Assembly: GCA_028534125.1 (NCBI GenBank)
Contig: CM052816.1
Location: 96,908,001-96,972,000, forward strand
Reading direction: 5' to 3'
Source: Lama glama
Taxonomy: Eukaryota
Length of the DNA stretch: 64,000 nt
A model generated the notes under the pieces. That model was not told where the DNA came from. It worked only from the letters and a program-made list of their open reading frames with translations, and did not search any database. Below are positions 1 through 12,600 of this stretch, piece after piece. How positions within the stretch are numbered: the first letter of the stretch is position 1; each line of letters opens with the position of its first letter. Position numbers and translations under genes: made by a program.

Positions 1-930
1 TATAATTACCACTGCAGCATTAATTAACGCTTCTATCATATCACATTTATCATTTATCTTTTGTGGGTAGAACATTTAAGGTCTAGTTTCTTAGCAACTT
101 GGAAAAATATAAAACAGTATCATTGACACTTTCTTCACTGTTACATTTTTAATTTCTGGTAGAATTAGTTCAATTTTATTACTCCTCGATTTTGGAAGTG
201 GCCTGCATATTCTTGAACACTTGTTTTCCCAAAGAACCTTAGATTTAGCTTATGTATGTGCGAAAGAAATTTGCTTATACATTTATTGCTGTTCACTGAA
301 TACTGTGTATAGGCTAATTTATGAAAATTGGCTTCTTGACAATAATGCTTTTCTTTTTCAGTCCAGGAGTAGAATAGACATTTCCATTTGTATTCTGTTG
401 CATCTCTCAGTAGCATTTAAAGAGTCATTTCTCTACATTGTGTATATGCTTTTTAAGTTTATATTGAGCTATTTCGTGTTCTTGTATTAGTCTAATAAAT
501 GGGATGTTTCATTCCAATACATTTACTAAATGCTGTTTATGTTTAGTTAAGCTATTGATTTTTACATTAATTTTGTACTCAGCAACTTAATGAATTCTGT
601 CATTGATTTCAAAAATATTTGTATCTGATTCTTTTATTGACTCTCCACACAGTGCTGACTCCCCTAATACTCAAACCTGAAAATCATCGTTTATTAGGGG
701 TGTTCCTTAATATGCATGCAACACACGCAACAAAATTTTCTGTTTGTTTTCTGTAAACCAATATGTATAGATATATTGGTTTGTGGAGCTATCTCTGCTT
801 TTCTGGTATGTAAAATAGAAAGTGGAAATCTGAGAGAAACCCATGGACAAGACCATGATCTTCTCCTCTTGTTCTTACCTACCTCAAGGGAGACTAAGAC
901 TGAAACAGATAATTCCCTTAAATTCGTTTT
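1..930 (-). mobile_element. Old, degenerate L1 (L1M-type) fragments
   Basis: T-rich antisense L1-like text (e.g. gctattgatttttacattaattttgtactcagcaacttaatgaattct); no ORF. Confidence 0.6.
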
Positions 931-933
931 GTC

Positions 934-1599
934 TGTTATAGAGAGTGATAGGATAGCACTTTACCTCATCAATATTCAGAAATGAAAAGAGATAGTAAAC
1001 TAAGAAAGGTAAGTACGTAGGGCCACGTGTGTTTCAAGAACGACACCTTGTCTAAGGAGTAAAGTCGTGCAGCGTGAGCCCTGACAGCTGGCTTTTCCTC
1101 TTGTCATGTGAGTGCCTGATCTAAGCTTTGATCGCAGGGGCCTCTGCTTTAAAGAGGCGTCTCCTTCCAGGAAGGCTGTCTGGAATAAGCACATTGTCAG
1201 CCTGGGCTAGAAAAAGAGCCAGGCCACCTTCTCCATGGGGGCTCCTTTGTCCTAGAGATGCTGGTTAATTAGGACACCTGGCAGTTGGGGATGCTTGGCT
1301 TTCCTTTCTTTTTCTCTCTTCCCACACTTTAAATTCCTGCTCTTATATTTTAAATTCACCAATAAAGAGTAGCCCAGGAAACCCTAAGCCCTCGCTCTGG
1401 ACCTCAGTATAAAAGCAGAGTCCCCAGCCCATGAGCACTCCCGCCCCCACCGCCACCTGCAGCCTCACCGTGCGACCCTAGGTGTGCTGTGTGATTTCTA
1501 GGTCTCGTCAGTAATCAACCTCCATTTCCCCTGTTTCTTTCTGCTGAAGGGCATCTTGCCATCATAATAAGAAACACAAGGGCTGGTGCCACCGCAACA
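934..1599 (+). mobile_element. ERV solo LTR
   Basis: Begins TGTTA (934), ends CAACA (1599); TATAAAA at 1408; ~670 bp; TSD only imperfect. Confidence 0.7.
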
Positions 1600-2546
1600 T
1601 TGGTTATTGATAGTCTGAGGCCAGTACATGTAGGTTTTCCATAAATGATATAGATTAGCAGAGCAAGTGTAAGTCTATAGCTTAGAGAAAAATTCAAATA
1701 GTGAGTATTAATATAAATGAAGGCTGGGTTTTGAAAAAGAACACAGCCAAAAGGTATGTTAAGTATTGGGAGAATGAGCATTTTGCCAACACATCTAAAA
1801 TTTCAACTGCTTGACACACAGAAATTTATTCCTGGCTTCCAGCATTCAGTAAAGCTAGCAGAAAGTCACGCAAAGTATTTTGGGTATAAAGGTTTTCATA
1901 AAAGATTAAAATGTATGTAATTGCTGAAGATCTAATCATCTCCACAAAATCAGGGAACCTGCCGCTGGTGTCAGCTGGCGGCTGAGAAGTGGGTGATGGT
2001 CAAAATCTGACGAGAAGCTCCCTCAGTACTGAGGATCCTCCAGGGGTCGCCCTCCACCTGTTGCATCAGTGGCAGTGAAACTGATGGTTCCCAAGAGCCA
2101 CCAGGACACCTTGGGAAACCTGTGTCTGTCCAGGGGTCCAAGTGCAACTGAATTCCTCTCTCTGGCAAATTTGAACCTGGAGCCACACAGCAAAGGGATT
2201 CTGGGCACTGTATTTGCTAACCTTGCCGTTGTGGACAAAAAGTGTCACCCACCACTTCAGTAAACAAAGGATGTTGTGGCCATAAAGTCATCAGCCACTA
2301 TAGCTGTCCGGATGCTGTACTCTGAGGGACTCAGGAAGGAGAAAAGCAGGAGACTGGCCCTAGATGGTGAAGGCGCATATGAAAGGATTGACTTTAGTAA
2401 GCCCAGACTCTTGCATCTTCCCACACATAGGAAAGCACTAAATTCCTTAACTTACGATGTCTGTTTTGTGATTAGCAGTCATCGTCTGATGTTCAACTAC
2501 ATTTTTTTCCAGCAAAAACACATGTATATCCCGGCTCCTCCCTTAC

Positions 2547-2724
2547 CTCTTTGGAACGTCCCTCAGAGCTGTCGGTCTAACAGGCAGGAACAGGTCCACC
2601 ACCCCACCGGCCACAAGACGGGCTTGGAGGTGTAGTCCCCAGTGGGAAACGACTTCCGAGGGACCGTTCCTTGTACTAAAAACAGGGCCAGTGGTCTTGG
2701 TAAACAGGCTTGCAAAATGAATAA
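2547..2724 (-). other. Candidate internal exon (178 nt) of a minus-strand transcript
   Basis: Acceptor ttttatttttcag| and donor GAG|gtaagg; GC/CpG-richer than its AT-rich flanks. Confidence 0.45.
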
Positions 2725-4519
2725 CTGAAAAATAAAAGTTCAAATCCACTTTGATATTTAATTTTAAAAAATCAGTCCTGGGATCAATACACAACATGAA
2801 TGAATGGTTTCTCAGCACATTTATATGCTTGGCACTTTAGATTTTTTTTCATTTTTAAAACACTATAATCTCAAATTTGGAATACACTAGAGTTTTGCCC
2901 AGGATAAAAATGTTATCTAAAAAAACTCAGATTTCCATTTATTTTTTGCATTGAACCAATATATCATCATTTGTCTTCTACTGTTCACACTGGCCGTTAG
3001 CCTCTAAGAAACAGTTTTATTGTTCTGGAATTTCTGGAGAGTCTGTCCTCATAAAAATTGATGAAAACAGTTTTGAACTTCTTGATGCTACATACATATT
3101 TTATGAAGACAGGGTAGATGATTTTACATTTCATTACATCACACACTGATATGTACTTTAAAATTCAATTTAATAAATCAATATTTATTTAAAGGTTTAC
3201 AAATATGTATACTTTTCCCCTGTTTGGGCTAAAAAGAATCTAGCTTTGCACTATTTGAAATAGTCTGTCATCAAGGAGAAAATAAACGTACACTTTTCTG
3301 AACCAACATCTTTTTAGCTCAGCTAACCAGGAGATTTTTGAGGGGCTGACTTAACTAGGAAGGTGATATAACTTTTATGACCAAAAAAAGCAATTTGACT
3401 ATTAAATGAGTTAAATTTTACATCCCTGCTTTTGGCGTAGGCTTTCCAAAGCCAGGTGGCTGTGGCCCTTGCCCTTGACAGTGTGTGCTACATTTATTTC
3501 AATGAGTGAATTAAAAAGCAGAGTGTTTACAGTGAGAATTGCCAACCTATGCATCCAATCAAAGGAAACTTAAATATACCTTCACATCATAATAATTCAG
3601 GTAATTCCTTTCCCTTTTTCCTCCCTGAAATTCTAACTAGATTCACTCCATTATCTAGTCACCTACAAAATAAGCTCTAACTGATGAAGTTTGAAAAGCA
3701 CATGGATTTTTATAGCAGAAAAAAAATGATAGATTCACATACTGTATCTCCTTTAAGTGTTGTTACTGGCTAAAAATTAATCAGTTTTCTTAAGTATCTC
3801 TGTTTCCATTGAGCTATCACCCGAATAGACTCAACCCTGGGTACCGCCTGAGTTATCTGTGCTCTGCCTACACCCTCAACGTGTCTGAGTCTGAGGACCT
3901 TAAGCCAGAACTGCAGCGCTGACGTGAGGGAGGAGTTACACCCGTGACAAAGATATTTTATAGATCATATATTTTCACACAATTTTTTCCATTCCAAAAT
4001 AAGCTTGGTGCAAAAGGGCTCACAATGTAGACAGCATTGCCATAAAGTTATAGAGAGAGTGTATTTAAAAGTTCATAAAATTGGACGGTAAGAGCAGCAC
4101 ATTTTCATATAATTAGAGATTTACGGCAGCGTTATAATTTAATTTCCGCAAAGCAACCTTTCACACGCAGGTTCTTCAAGCATGTAATTGTGAAACGCCA
4201 AGTGCAAGTCTGCAGACAGAATTCCTGAGTAGTCACGTCAGGGGCAATCTGAGCCTACAGGAAATTGGGGAAACTGGGAAGCACCCTTGCTCGCGGCATT
4301 TTGTGTTTCTCTAAAGGAAGCCTGGAGTGGCAAAAGAAGTCAGAGAACGTAAGTGAGCCCCTGAGGTGGGGACGCAAGGGGATCCGCGTGCTTACCCATC
4401 ACGGCGGTGGGGCGCTGAGCCGGGGCGCGCTGTCAGGGAGAGCAGGTTTCCCCGTTGTTCTCAACTGCCCTTGACAGTCACAGAGGCGAGTTCTCAGGAT
4501 ATGCTCTATTGTTAATAGC

Positions 4520-5500
4520 GGCCATGGGTTGAATTATGTCCCTCCATAGTCCATGTTGGAGCCCTTTCCCCCAATACCTCAGAATGTGACTTCTTTGAAA
4601 ATGGGGTCTTTGCAGATGGAATTCGTTAAGTTATGACAAGGTTGGTGGCCCCTAATCCAATATGGCTGGTGTTCTTTCAAAATGGGGACATGTGGAGACA
4701 GACAATGTTGACTGAAAAGAATGCACAGCCTGAAAGGTGACAGTTCTGTTTTCTTCGGCAAACTTTCTGAGGACTCAGCCCGGGAGGCAGCCTCTCCGAT
4801 GGCTCTAAGGGACTTCTTCAAAGAGGTGGTGGAGGAGCCAGGATAGATAGGCATTTTTGCAACAAAGACCAGGTAGTCAGAACATCAAACGATTACTGTT
4901 AACTGAAGAAAACCAGATATCTCAAGTTAAGGAATTTAGCAGTTTTCTATGCACACGAAGTTGCAAACGTCTGGGCTCATTGAAATCATTCCTTTGATGT
5001 CCACCTTAGCTCTCTAGGGTCAGTCTCCTGTGCTTTCCCACCCTGAGTCACCTCTGCTGGGGTGCACTGTCAGGGGTAGCTGCAGCTGATAGCTGCTTGG
5101 TGGGCATCCTGTTCCATCCCAAACTCCCTCAGGGCTCGCGTCAGGGCTGGCTGCAGTGTGATGGCTTGACGGCTGCAATGTGATGGCTTGATGGCTGCAA
5201 CAGCCTTTGTTTACTGATGTGGCAGGAAGAATTTTTATTCACAATGCATGCAGGGAGCACACCATGGGATGAGATGGCAGAGATGGGAGTGCTGCTCCTA
5301 CAAACCAAGGATGGCCAGCAAACCTCCAGGAGCCTGGAGGGAGGTGTGGAACAGCTTCCCCTCACAAACCTCAAAAGGAACCAGTCCTGTCAACTTTCTG
5401 ATCTGATACTTCTGTTCTCCAGTTCTCTGAAATAGTAATTTCTATTGTTGACGTATTCAATCTGCTATACTTCGGTACAGCAGCCCTAATACAATAGCAT
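4520..5500 (+). mobile_element. MaLR LTR (MLT1C-like), split by a nested LTR
   Basis: MLT1 motifs gggttgaattatgtccc, cctcagaatgtgac, ggtctttgcagatg, ccctaatccaatatg; second half resumes at ~5244 and ends acagcagccct. Confidence 0.8.
4706..5243 (-). mobile_element. ERV1-type solo LTR nested in the MLT1
   Basis: TGTTGACTGAAAA...ATTCACA interrupts the MLT1; internal 22-bp tandem repeat at 5149-5200. Confidence 0.7.
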
Positions 5501-6654
5501 GACTGCGGCTGGAGCTGTTCACACTCAGGTAAAAGATTGCCCTTTAAAATGAGCATGACTTACTAAGAGAACAAAAATGTCCTTGCATAGAATTAGATGT
5601 AGTGTTTGTAATCTAAAACCTACCTGATAAGGCACTCTGTCACTAGTCCAGGTATGTTAATTAAGCACCAGACCTTCATGAATACAGAATATGTGAAATT
5701 CCATAAATATCTGGTATTTCTGCTCTTTCTTGGTAAACTATGGACGAAGAAATAACCATGGAAGTGAGCCGTAATAGCTAAACCCTGCCTTCTTAATTCC
5801 TAGGTAACAAAGCTCTTAGAAGACTAAATTATGTAACATAAAAGGAAACATAGATATGACTATAAAGAGTACATATAAGACCTTTGTACCTATTATTTAA
5901 CACTAAAGAATGTGATTTACACATGGATTATTCTGTTGGAAAATGGAATAAATCTGAATAAACTGAAGAAACACAGTATCTAAAATTTGTGTTTTCTTGA
6001 ATCTTTCTGAAAGGATTTTTAAAACTCTTTTTTGGCTTTTTGGCCAAAATTTGTAAGTCTTTGTCTGCATACTTAAAGACCCTAAATTGTCATTGTGATT
6101 GAAATCTCCTTGATATTGAATGATGCTTTAGGTGAATACACACACACACACACACGTATATATATGTATACACATGTAAAAGACAATGATATTGTCCTAA
6201 AGTCTAAGTGGAAATTGACATTTATACCCCAAAGTATTGGCCTACCTTTTACCTATATTTGCAGATATTTAAAATAGCTGGGAAACTTCTTCATTTGGTA
6301 ATATGTCTGGAGGCACTGTGTGAAATTTTTATTCCTTAGAAATAAGGATTAAGGACGTTATAGTTTAATATGTATAATATTGTATTTCATATAGTAATTT
6401 CACAATCTAATAATGTGTTAATTTCAAACCAACTGATTTAAATGGATGGAAGACCACAGTCAGAAGTACACAGATTGCACAACTCGGTGTTTAAATAATG
6501 TATCAGAGTCATTACCAATAAGATGTCTCTTCTGCATTAAATCATTAAAAACTAACAATGTGTGTATAGACAGAAAATGGTTTAGTGGCTGCCTAGGGCT
6601 GGGGGTGGGAATGGGGACTGACCGTGGTTGGGTGTAAGGTCTCTCTGTAGGCTG

Positions 6655-6765
6655 CTGTCGTAGTCCAAACGCGTCACCACTGCCAAAGATACATCCACCT
6701 CTTAATCCCCAAAATGTGAGTACCACCTTATATGGCAAAAGGTGTGATTAAGTTAAGAATCTTGG
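6655..6765 (+). mobile_element. MaLR (MLT1) 5' fragment
   Basis: aaagatacatccacctcttaatcccc...aatgtgagtaccaccttatatggcaaaagg...gattaagttaag. Confidence 0.6.
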
Positions 6766-7630
6766 AATGCAGATCAAGACTACAATGAGATATCATCTCA
6801 CTTCTGCTACGATGTCTATTATCAAAGAAACAACAGATAATAAGTGTCAGGGAAGATGTGGAGAAAAGGAAACCTTTGCGCACTGCTGGTAGGAATGTAA
6901 GTTGATACAGCCACTGTGGAGGTCCCTCAGAAGATTAAAAACAGTACTACTAGATGATCCAGCAGTCCTTCTTCCTGGTATACATACGAAGGAAATAAAA
7001 TCAGCACTTCCTAGAGGTCTGCTCCCCCAGACTCATTGCAGTGCTATTTACAGTAGATAAGATACGAAAACAACCCAAGCGTCCATCAACTGATGAATGG
7101 ATAAAGAAAATATGACACACACATGGCGGTATATTATTTGTCCTTTAAAAACAAGGAAATCTTATCATTTGCAACAATATGGATGAATCCAGAGGACATT
7201 AAGTTAAGCGGAATAAGCTAGAAACAGAAAAAAAAATTCTGTATGACCTCACTTACATGTGGAATATAAAAAAGCCAAATGTGCAGAAGCAGAGGGTAGA
7301 ACAGTGGTGCCCAGGGGCAGGATGGAGGGAGAAATGGGTAGATGCTGGGTAGGACAAATAAAGTCTTGAGATCTAATGTGCAGCACGATGGTAGACTTAA
7401 TACTCTATTGTTTACTGGAAAATTTGCTAAGGGAATAGATTTCAAATGACCTCATCATACAAAAAAGGTGAATGAAGAAATGGATAATTTAATCAGCTTG
7501 ACAGTAGTAATCATTTCATTATGTATATGTATATCGAAACATTACGTTCTACTCTACATATGTACATTGTATAAACTGTTATTTAAAAAATAAAAAACAG
7601 TATTCTAACTAATAAATAAAAAAGAAATAA
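6766..7630 (+). mobile_element. L1 (L1MA-type) ORF2 end and 3'UTR with A-rich tail
   Basis: caatgagatatcatctcac, gatgtggagaaaaggaaacc, gatgaatggataaagaaaat, tttgcaacaatatggatgaa; A-rich tail 7585-7630. Confidence 0.9.
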
Positions 7631-7639
7631 TAGAATTGG

Positions 7640-8070
7640 AGTGCCACCATTTTACAAGCCCAGTAGATTAATAGATACAGGCATTAGGCAACAATGGCAC
7701 CACCATCACAAAAAAGAGACGATTAGACATAAACTGCTTCCTGTTAGAAGAGCGCGGTCCTGTCAACAGTGTTGCCGAAGGAATGGGACCAGAAACGGCT
7801 CAGTCTCTGGACCCAGCTGCCAAACTGTCAGAAATAGGACAGGCAGAGGAGGGTGTTGAGCTGTGCGTGCCTGGAGAGAGCAGGCAGCATTCCTCAGCCC
7901 AGGGGAAACGCCGCAGGGCAGACGAACGAGAACTTCATGGGATCCTCGCAAAGAAGAGAGGGGAAGTGCACGGGCGGCGGCTCAGTGCCTGCAGTGAGGA
8001 ATGACACAGGGTAACACGCGAGGAAATGGTTACCGCAGCAGTCACGGACCTGGTGGCCTCTGGGACGCCA
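7640..8070 (+). mobile_element. Old L1MC/ME 3'UTR remnant, GC/CpG-enriched
   Basis: ctctggacccagctgccaaactgtcagaaataggacaggcagaggag resembles old L1 3'UTR consensus. Confidence 0.45.
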
Positions 8071-8563
8071 GCATTCAGAAATGGGTTGGTTTGAATGGGA
8101 AGGAAAGTTGGATAAATTCTCAGATTTTTGAGGTAAATAAATGTAAATTAAAAGGTAATATTCCAACGCACACTCATGCAATAAAAATAAAAAAGAAATA
8201 CTCTTATTCTCCTAGTACCTGCCAGCACTTTGTAACAGGTAGGCAGTGTAAAGTCCAAAGAAAGTTTGTAAAATTGGTATTTTCACTTTCAACAGGCTGT
8301 TGCCCTGTAAGATCCCCGTAAGTTTTTCCTTTGACCTGGTCAGTTCTTCCAAAATGTGGGTTTGTCTGGGTGCTTCCCTGTGTGACTAATTTTCAGGCAC
8401 TTGAGAAAATCGATTTATGTCCCTCTAAGTTGCAGAATCATGAAAGGAATATTTTTTGAAAGAGGAGTAGCAATTTGAATTAAGCTTTGCAAACAGTGAT
8501 TTTAAACTCCTTTTAAGATGATGTTAATTAGGTACCCGCTAAATGCTGGTCACATGAAAACAC

Positions 8564-8601
8564 ATTTGCAGTCAAATGCTCTACCCCTGAGCTGTACGCC
8601 C
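8564..8601 (-). pseudogene. 5'-half tRNA-Cys(GCA) retropseudogene (tailless)
   Basis: Reverse complement gggcgtacagctcaggggtagagcatttgactgcaaat matches tRNA-Cys GGGGGTATAGCTCAGGGGTAGAGCATTTGACTGCAGAT at 35/38; stops at the anticodon loop; imperfect 15-bp direct repeats at 8554-8568 and 8602-8616. Confidence 0.85.
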
Positions 8602-9266
8602 TTGATACCACATTTGATCTTCACTGTAAACACATATGAGGATGAAACAGGCTGATACGGCAGCTGTTGGGGTTTAAGACTTCACACGCAGGAAAAGAAA
8701 CGATATGGGAATTACTTTACACTGATAGCTGCATTATATGTAACAGTTTACAGAGGAAAAGTGTCATTTGAGGATATTTAGAAGAGAACTTTCCAGATGT
8801 CAAAGAGCACCACTTTGTTCCAGAAGCTGCCCCAGTGAAACTTCCACTGTTAGCTGCTCGTGACAGCTGGGACTGCCCACTCCCTCCTGCCCCCGCACCC
8901 TCCTGTGCCCTCCCCCCATGCGGGGCAGCTCTTCCATAACCGAAGGCAGTTAACCACGTTTCCCTTCGAGCTAAGCACGCTGGAGTTCGAGCGTTTCTTC
9001 ACATGAGAAATAGTGTTCTGAGAGAGCTGATCTCCCAAATTTCTTCCAATTTTAATATTTTGTATTTAAAGGGAGATTTTTTACATCCCGTGAACTATTT
9101 CTAACTTTGTTACAGAGAAAGACCATGCGGGCTTGCTCGGGTAGGATTCTGAGCACCGCAGAAATACATCATATTCGCCTAACGCTGAAAATAGTGTCAA
9201 ATTCCCATCAGGTAGAGTTTGGTTTTTGAACGAATGGAATTCCTTATTAGAGATGGAATGTCTCAC

Positions 9267-9287
9267 CTGACAGTGATTCCAGGAAGA
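9267..9287 (-). other. Candidate 21-nt micro-exon
   Basis: tttcctttctacag|TCTTCCTGGAATCACTGTCAG|gtgaga; strong sites on both sides; length divisible by 3. Confidence 0.3.
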
Positions 9288-9374
9288 CTGTAGAAAGGAA
9301 AGTGTTCATCTAATTCTATAATAATACGTACCATTGTCCTTATCTCCCAGAACTGCTACTGTGAAAGGGATTAT

Positions 9375-9600
9375 AAAGTTAATAGCGTTTATGGAGTTTC
9401 ATATTTATCAGGCCTTGTGTGAAACATTTCATGTGTTATAATATTTAATTCTCAGATAACCTTGAATTTCAGTCTACTTCAATTTTTCACCGGAGAAATC
9501 AGCTGTGGTAATTCATGCAAGCTCATTTAACTAACTAGGCAGGACTGGAATTTGAGGCCAGGTCTGGGCATCTCAGAGCCCACCTACTTAAGAACATGAA
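9375..9600 (-). mobile_element. MIR SINE
   Basis: taatagcgtttatggag...aatttaattctca...ggactggaatttgaggccaggtctgg...ctcagagccc. Confidence 0.65.
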
Positions 9601-10072
9601 GTTTCTGACATGCATCTCAGCCTTCCTAAGCTCTGTTTAAATTGATTCTGAAGCCGCCATGTGGGTAATCCTCATAATTTCCATGGAAGTCATTAAATCT
9701 CACCCCATTGTTTATCGCAGTTTCCTACAAAAAGGGCGTGGAAGTACCACGTTCTATAACCTAAATGTTAACATCAACATTGTAGCTGCCCTTTGAAGTG
9801 AGGAAGCAAAGCACTATAGGAGATAGTGAGTGTTCTCACCCTCTGTGTTTCCCGCATGAGGTCCACTCTCTCTGGGACCCTCCTGAAAGGAGACGTGTCG
9901 TTCAGGCGCTGGGGCTGAGAGTCTGAGCAGGAAGAAGGTGATGAAGAGCTTCCCTCTCACCCCCAAGGTCACCTGTTCCTGACGTCATCATTCAGACAGG
10001 GGCCGCCCCTTGTCTTTCCTGGAGGGTAATGTGTGGACGGGGGCAGCAGGAAGGGACAGCAAGATGTCATGG

Positions 10073-10786
10073 CAACCACAATTTTGTTTTCTGTGTCTGC
10101 GAGTCTGTTTCTGTTTTGTAAAAAAGTTTGTTTGTCTGTTTGTTTTAGATCCCACACGTAAGTGATATCATGTGGTAGCTCTCTTTCTCTTTCTCACTCT
10201 TCACTTACTTCACTTAGAATGACGATCTCCAGGTCCATCTATGTTGCTGCAAATGGCATTATTTTGTTCTTTTTTATGGCTGAGTAGGATTCCATTGTGT
10301 AAATACACCACAATTTCTTTATTTAGTCACCTGTCAATGGACTTGTAAGTTGCTTCCATGTTTTGGCTATTGTAAACATTGCTGTTATGAACACAGGGGT
10401 GCATGTATCTTTAATTAAAATTTCCTCCAGATACATGCCCAGGAGTGAGACTGCTAGATCCTATGGTAAGTCTGTTTTCAGCTTTTTAAGGAACCTCCAT
10501 ACAAAATTGTGGTTACCAGAGGGGGTTGGGGGAGTGGAGGGATAAACTAGGGGTCTGGGATTTGCAGATACCAAGTACTATATGTAAAATAGATGAACAG
10601 CAAGGTCCTGCTGTACAGCACAGGGAACTATATTCAATACCTTGTGGTGGCCTATAATGAAAAAGTACATGAACAGTGATTCAGTTTTGTATATGTATTT
10701 ATGTGCATCACTGTGCTATACACCAGAAATTAACACAACACTGTAAAGTGACTATACTTCAATAAAAATTTTAAAAATTGAAAAAA
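10073..10786. mobile_element. Young L1 3' end with 5' inversion (twin priming)
   Basis: 10073-10500 antisense L1 3'UTR, 10501-10786 sense with A-tail; perfect 12-bp TSD aagatgtcatgg at 10061-10072 and 10787-10798. Confidence 0.9.
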
Positions 10787-11359
10787 AAGATGTCATGGAG
10801 TTCAGCCAGCCTTTTGCTTCTGCACAGTGAGTTGAACCAGATGTCACTCTCCTCTGTATCCATCATATTAAGCTGTCTTGGACAGACTTTGAGTAAGTCA
10901 TTACTGGAAAAGGCCGTTGTAAAGGGGTTGGGAATTTCATGTTTTTCTGGTCTTTAGGCAAAAAAAAGTTTTGTTAGTGATTCCATGGGGAGCTTTTAAT
11001 TTTTCTGTGAATCCTTCAGATGGCAATTCCATGCAATGATGGGAAATGAAATTATTGACCTTGGGAATTGAGTCTGTGTTGCAATCAAATCACTTTCGTG
11101 CCATTGCTTTGGGGAGGTTGCAAAGTCCTTATCCTGTGTTTTTGACAGACCCTTTCCCACAGTCATACTGTGCTTTTCTTTAAAATCATCGTCTGTGTTG
11201 CTAGTGCAGGGGAAACATTACATATGAGTAAAAGCTTCCCTGTTTCCCTTTGCTACCTTCTTTCTGTTGTCAGAGCCCGGTTTGGTAACAACACAAAGGA
11301 GGTGCGCTCACTTGAGAACAAAACACAAAAGTCACCCGAATAGATTCAGTTTGTTAGGG

Positions 11360-11778
11360 TCACGGTTCCAGTGGGAAGGAAGGAAAGTCTACGGCAATGG
11401 CTTTACGGCTGTGCTTGCATGTCTGCGGACCTTGCTCAGAAACTGTTTGGAGAACACAGGCCACTCCAGAAAAGGTGTTGCATTGGATGTTTGAGGGAGG
11501 TTTTCCTTTTGTTTGATTGGAAATGCAGCACGCGGCAGTGGTTCCGTACAGAACATTAAAGTCAGAGCGCTGGGAAGCATGAGTTCCTCTCCCTAATTTA
11601 TCAGTGATTTCCGCCCCGATCATCTCTGACACTGAGCATCTGCTCAGGAGCTTGTTGGTCCCAACACGTCCCCAGAGCATCCCCAGCGGGAGGGCGGGTG
11701 GCCTGCCTGCAGACCAGCCCAGATGAAGCCCCAGGCGTCTCCTGTTTTCTAACAGGTGCTGCCTGAGCTGCCATTAGC
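11360..11778 (-). other. Candidate exon (acceptor at 11778; 3' end undefined)
   Basis: Very strong acceptor ctttgtgttttttctctctgtctctgtcag|GCT; unique GC-rich sequence follows. Confidence 0.3.
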
Positions 11779-12279
11779 CTGACAGAGACAGAGAGAAAAA
11801 ACACAAAGTGATAGCGCCACACAACACAACAGCTTGCTGAGTCTCCCAAGACTCGTAATTTCGCAACTTCTGTTGAGAACATTAGTGGGGAGTTAATTAG
11901 CCATGGTTGTGACTGACACGGAAGTCCATGGTTTTCAGACTAAATTACAGAGGGTTTAACAACTAGAAGCTTCACACCAGCATGAAAAATAATTTACATA
12001 TGACCAAAAAAAAAATTTAAAACATCCAGTCTCTAAACTGCCACTTCTGATCATTCAAATCATAAAAATAAAAAGAAAGAAAAACTTCAAGAGTTCAACT
12101 CAAGTTCCATCTTCTATCATTAAAAAGAGAGGACAACTTTCACATCCTGAATGGAATCAGGTATTGTAGGAACGCAAGTACGGGTGGCATGAAGGGCATA
12201 CTGGGCTTGATCTCATCAGGCTGACAGAGGAGGGGCCATCTCAGAAACCAGTCTGAGCCTCTAGCCTGTCTGCAGCCTT

Positions 12280-12600
12280 TCCTTGGGGCCCAGGTACCTC
12301 TCTCTACCCATTGTTTTCTTGTGTTTACATCTTTCTCACCAATATTCCTCAGCACAAACGTGTTCTCCAAGGAGAAGCCTTCCCTGGCCATTCTAACTGA
12401 CATCCTAAATCACAGATGGCACAGAGCGCTGTCAGGTAATTGACTGATTCCGTGTATTCACTCTATCCATCCACTCTAGTGAAAGCTCCTAAAGACAAGG
12501 GACCTGGTGAGTTCCGTTCACTCTCTCCTGCACACTCAGAACAGCCCCTGGTAGGCGTCAGGGAGCAACATCTGCTCTGAACGGTTACCTGAATGGGTGT
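12280..12600 (+). mobile_element. L2 3' fragment
   Basis: gaagccttccctggcc...aagctcctaaagacaagggacc...gttcactct...agaacagccc...tgaatg. Confidence 0.55.

Noticed and set aside
5149..5200. Short direct repeats as CRISPR-like arrays (also 18519-18546, 41300-41335, 51345-51378)
   Set aside because: Only 2-3 adjacent copies with no spacers and no cas genes; slippage duplications in mammalian repeats
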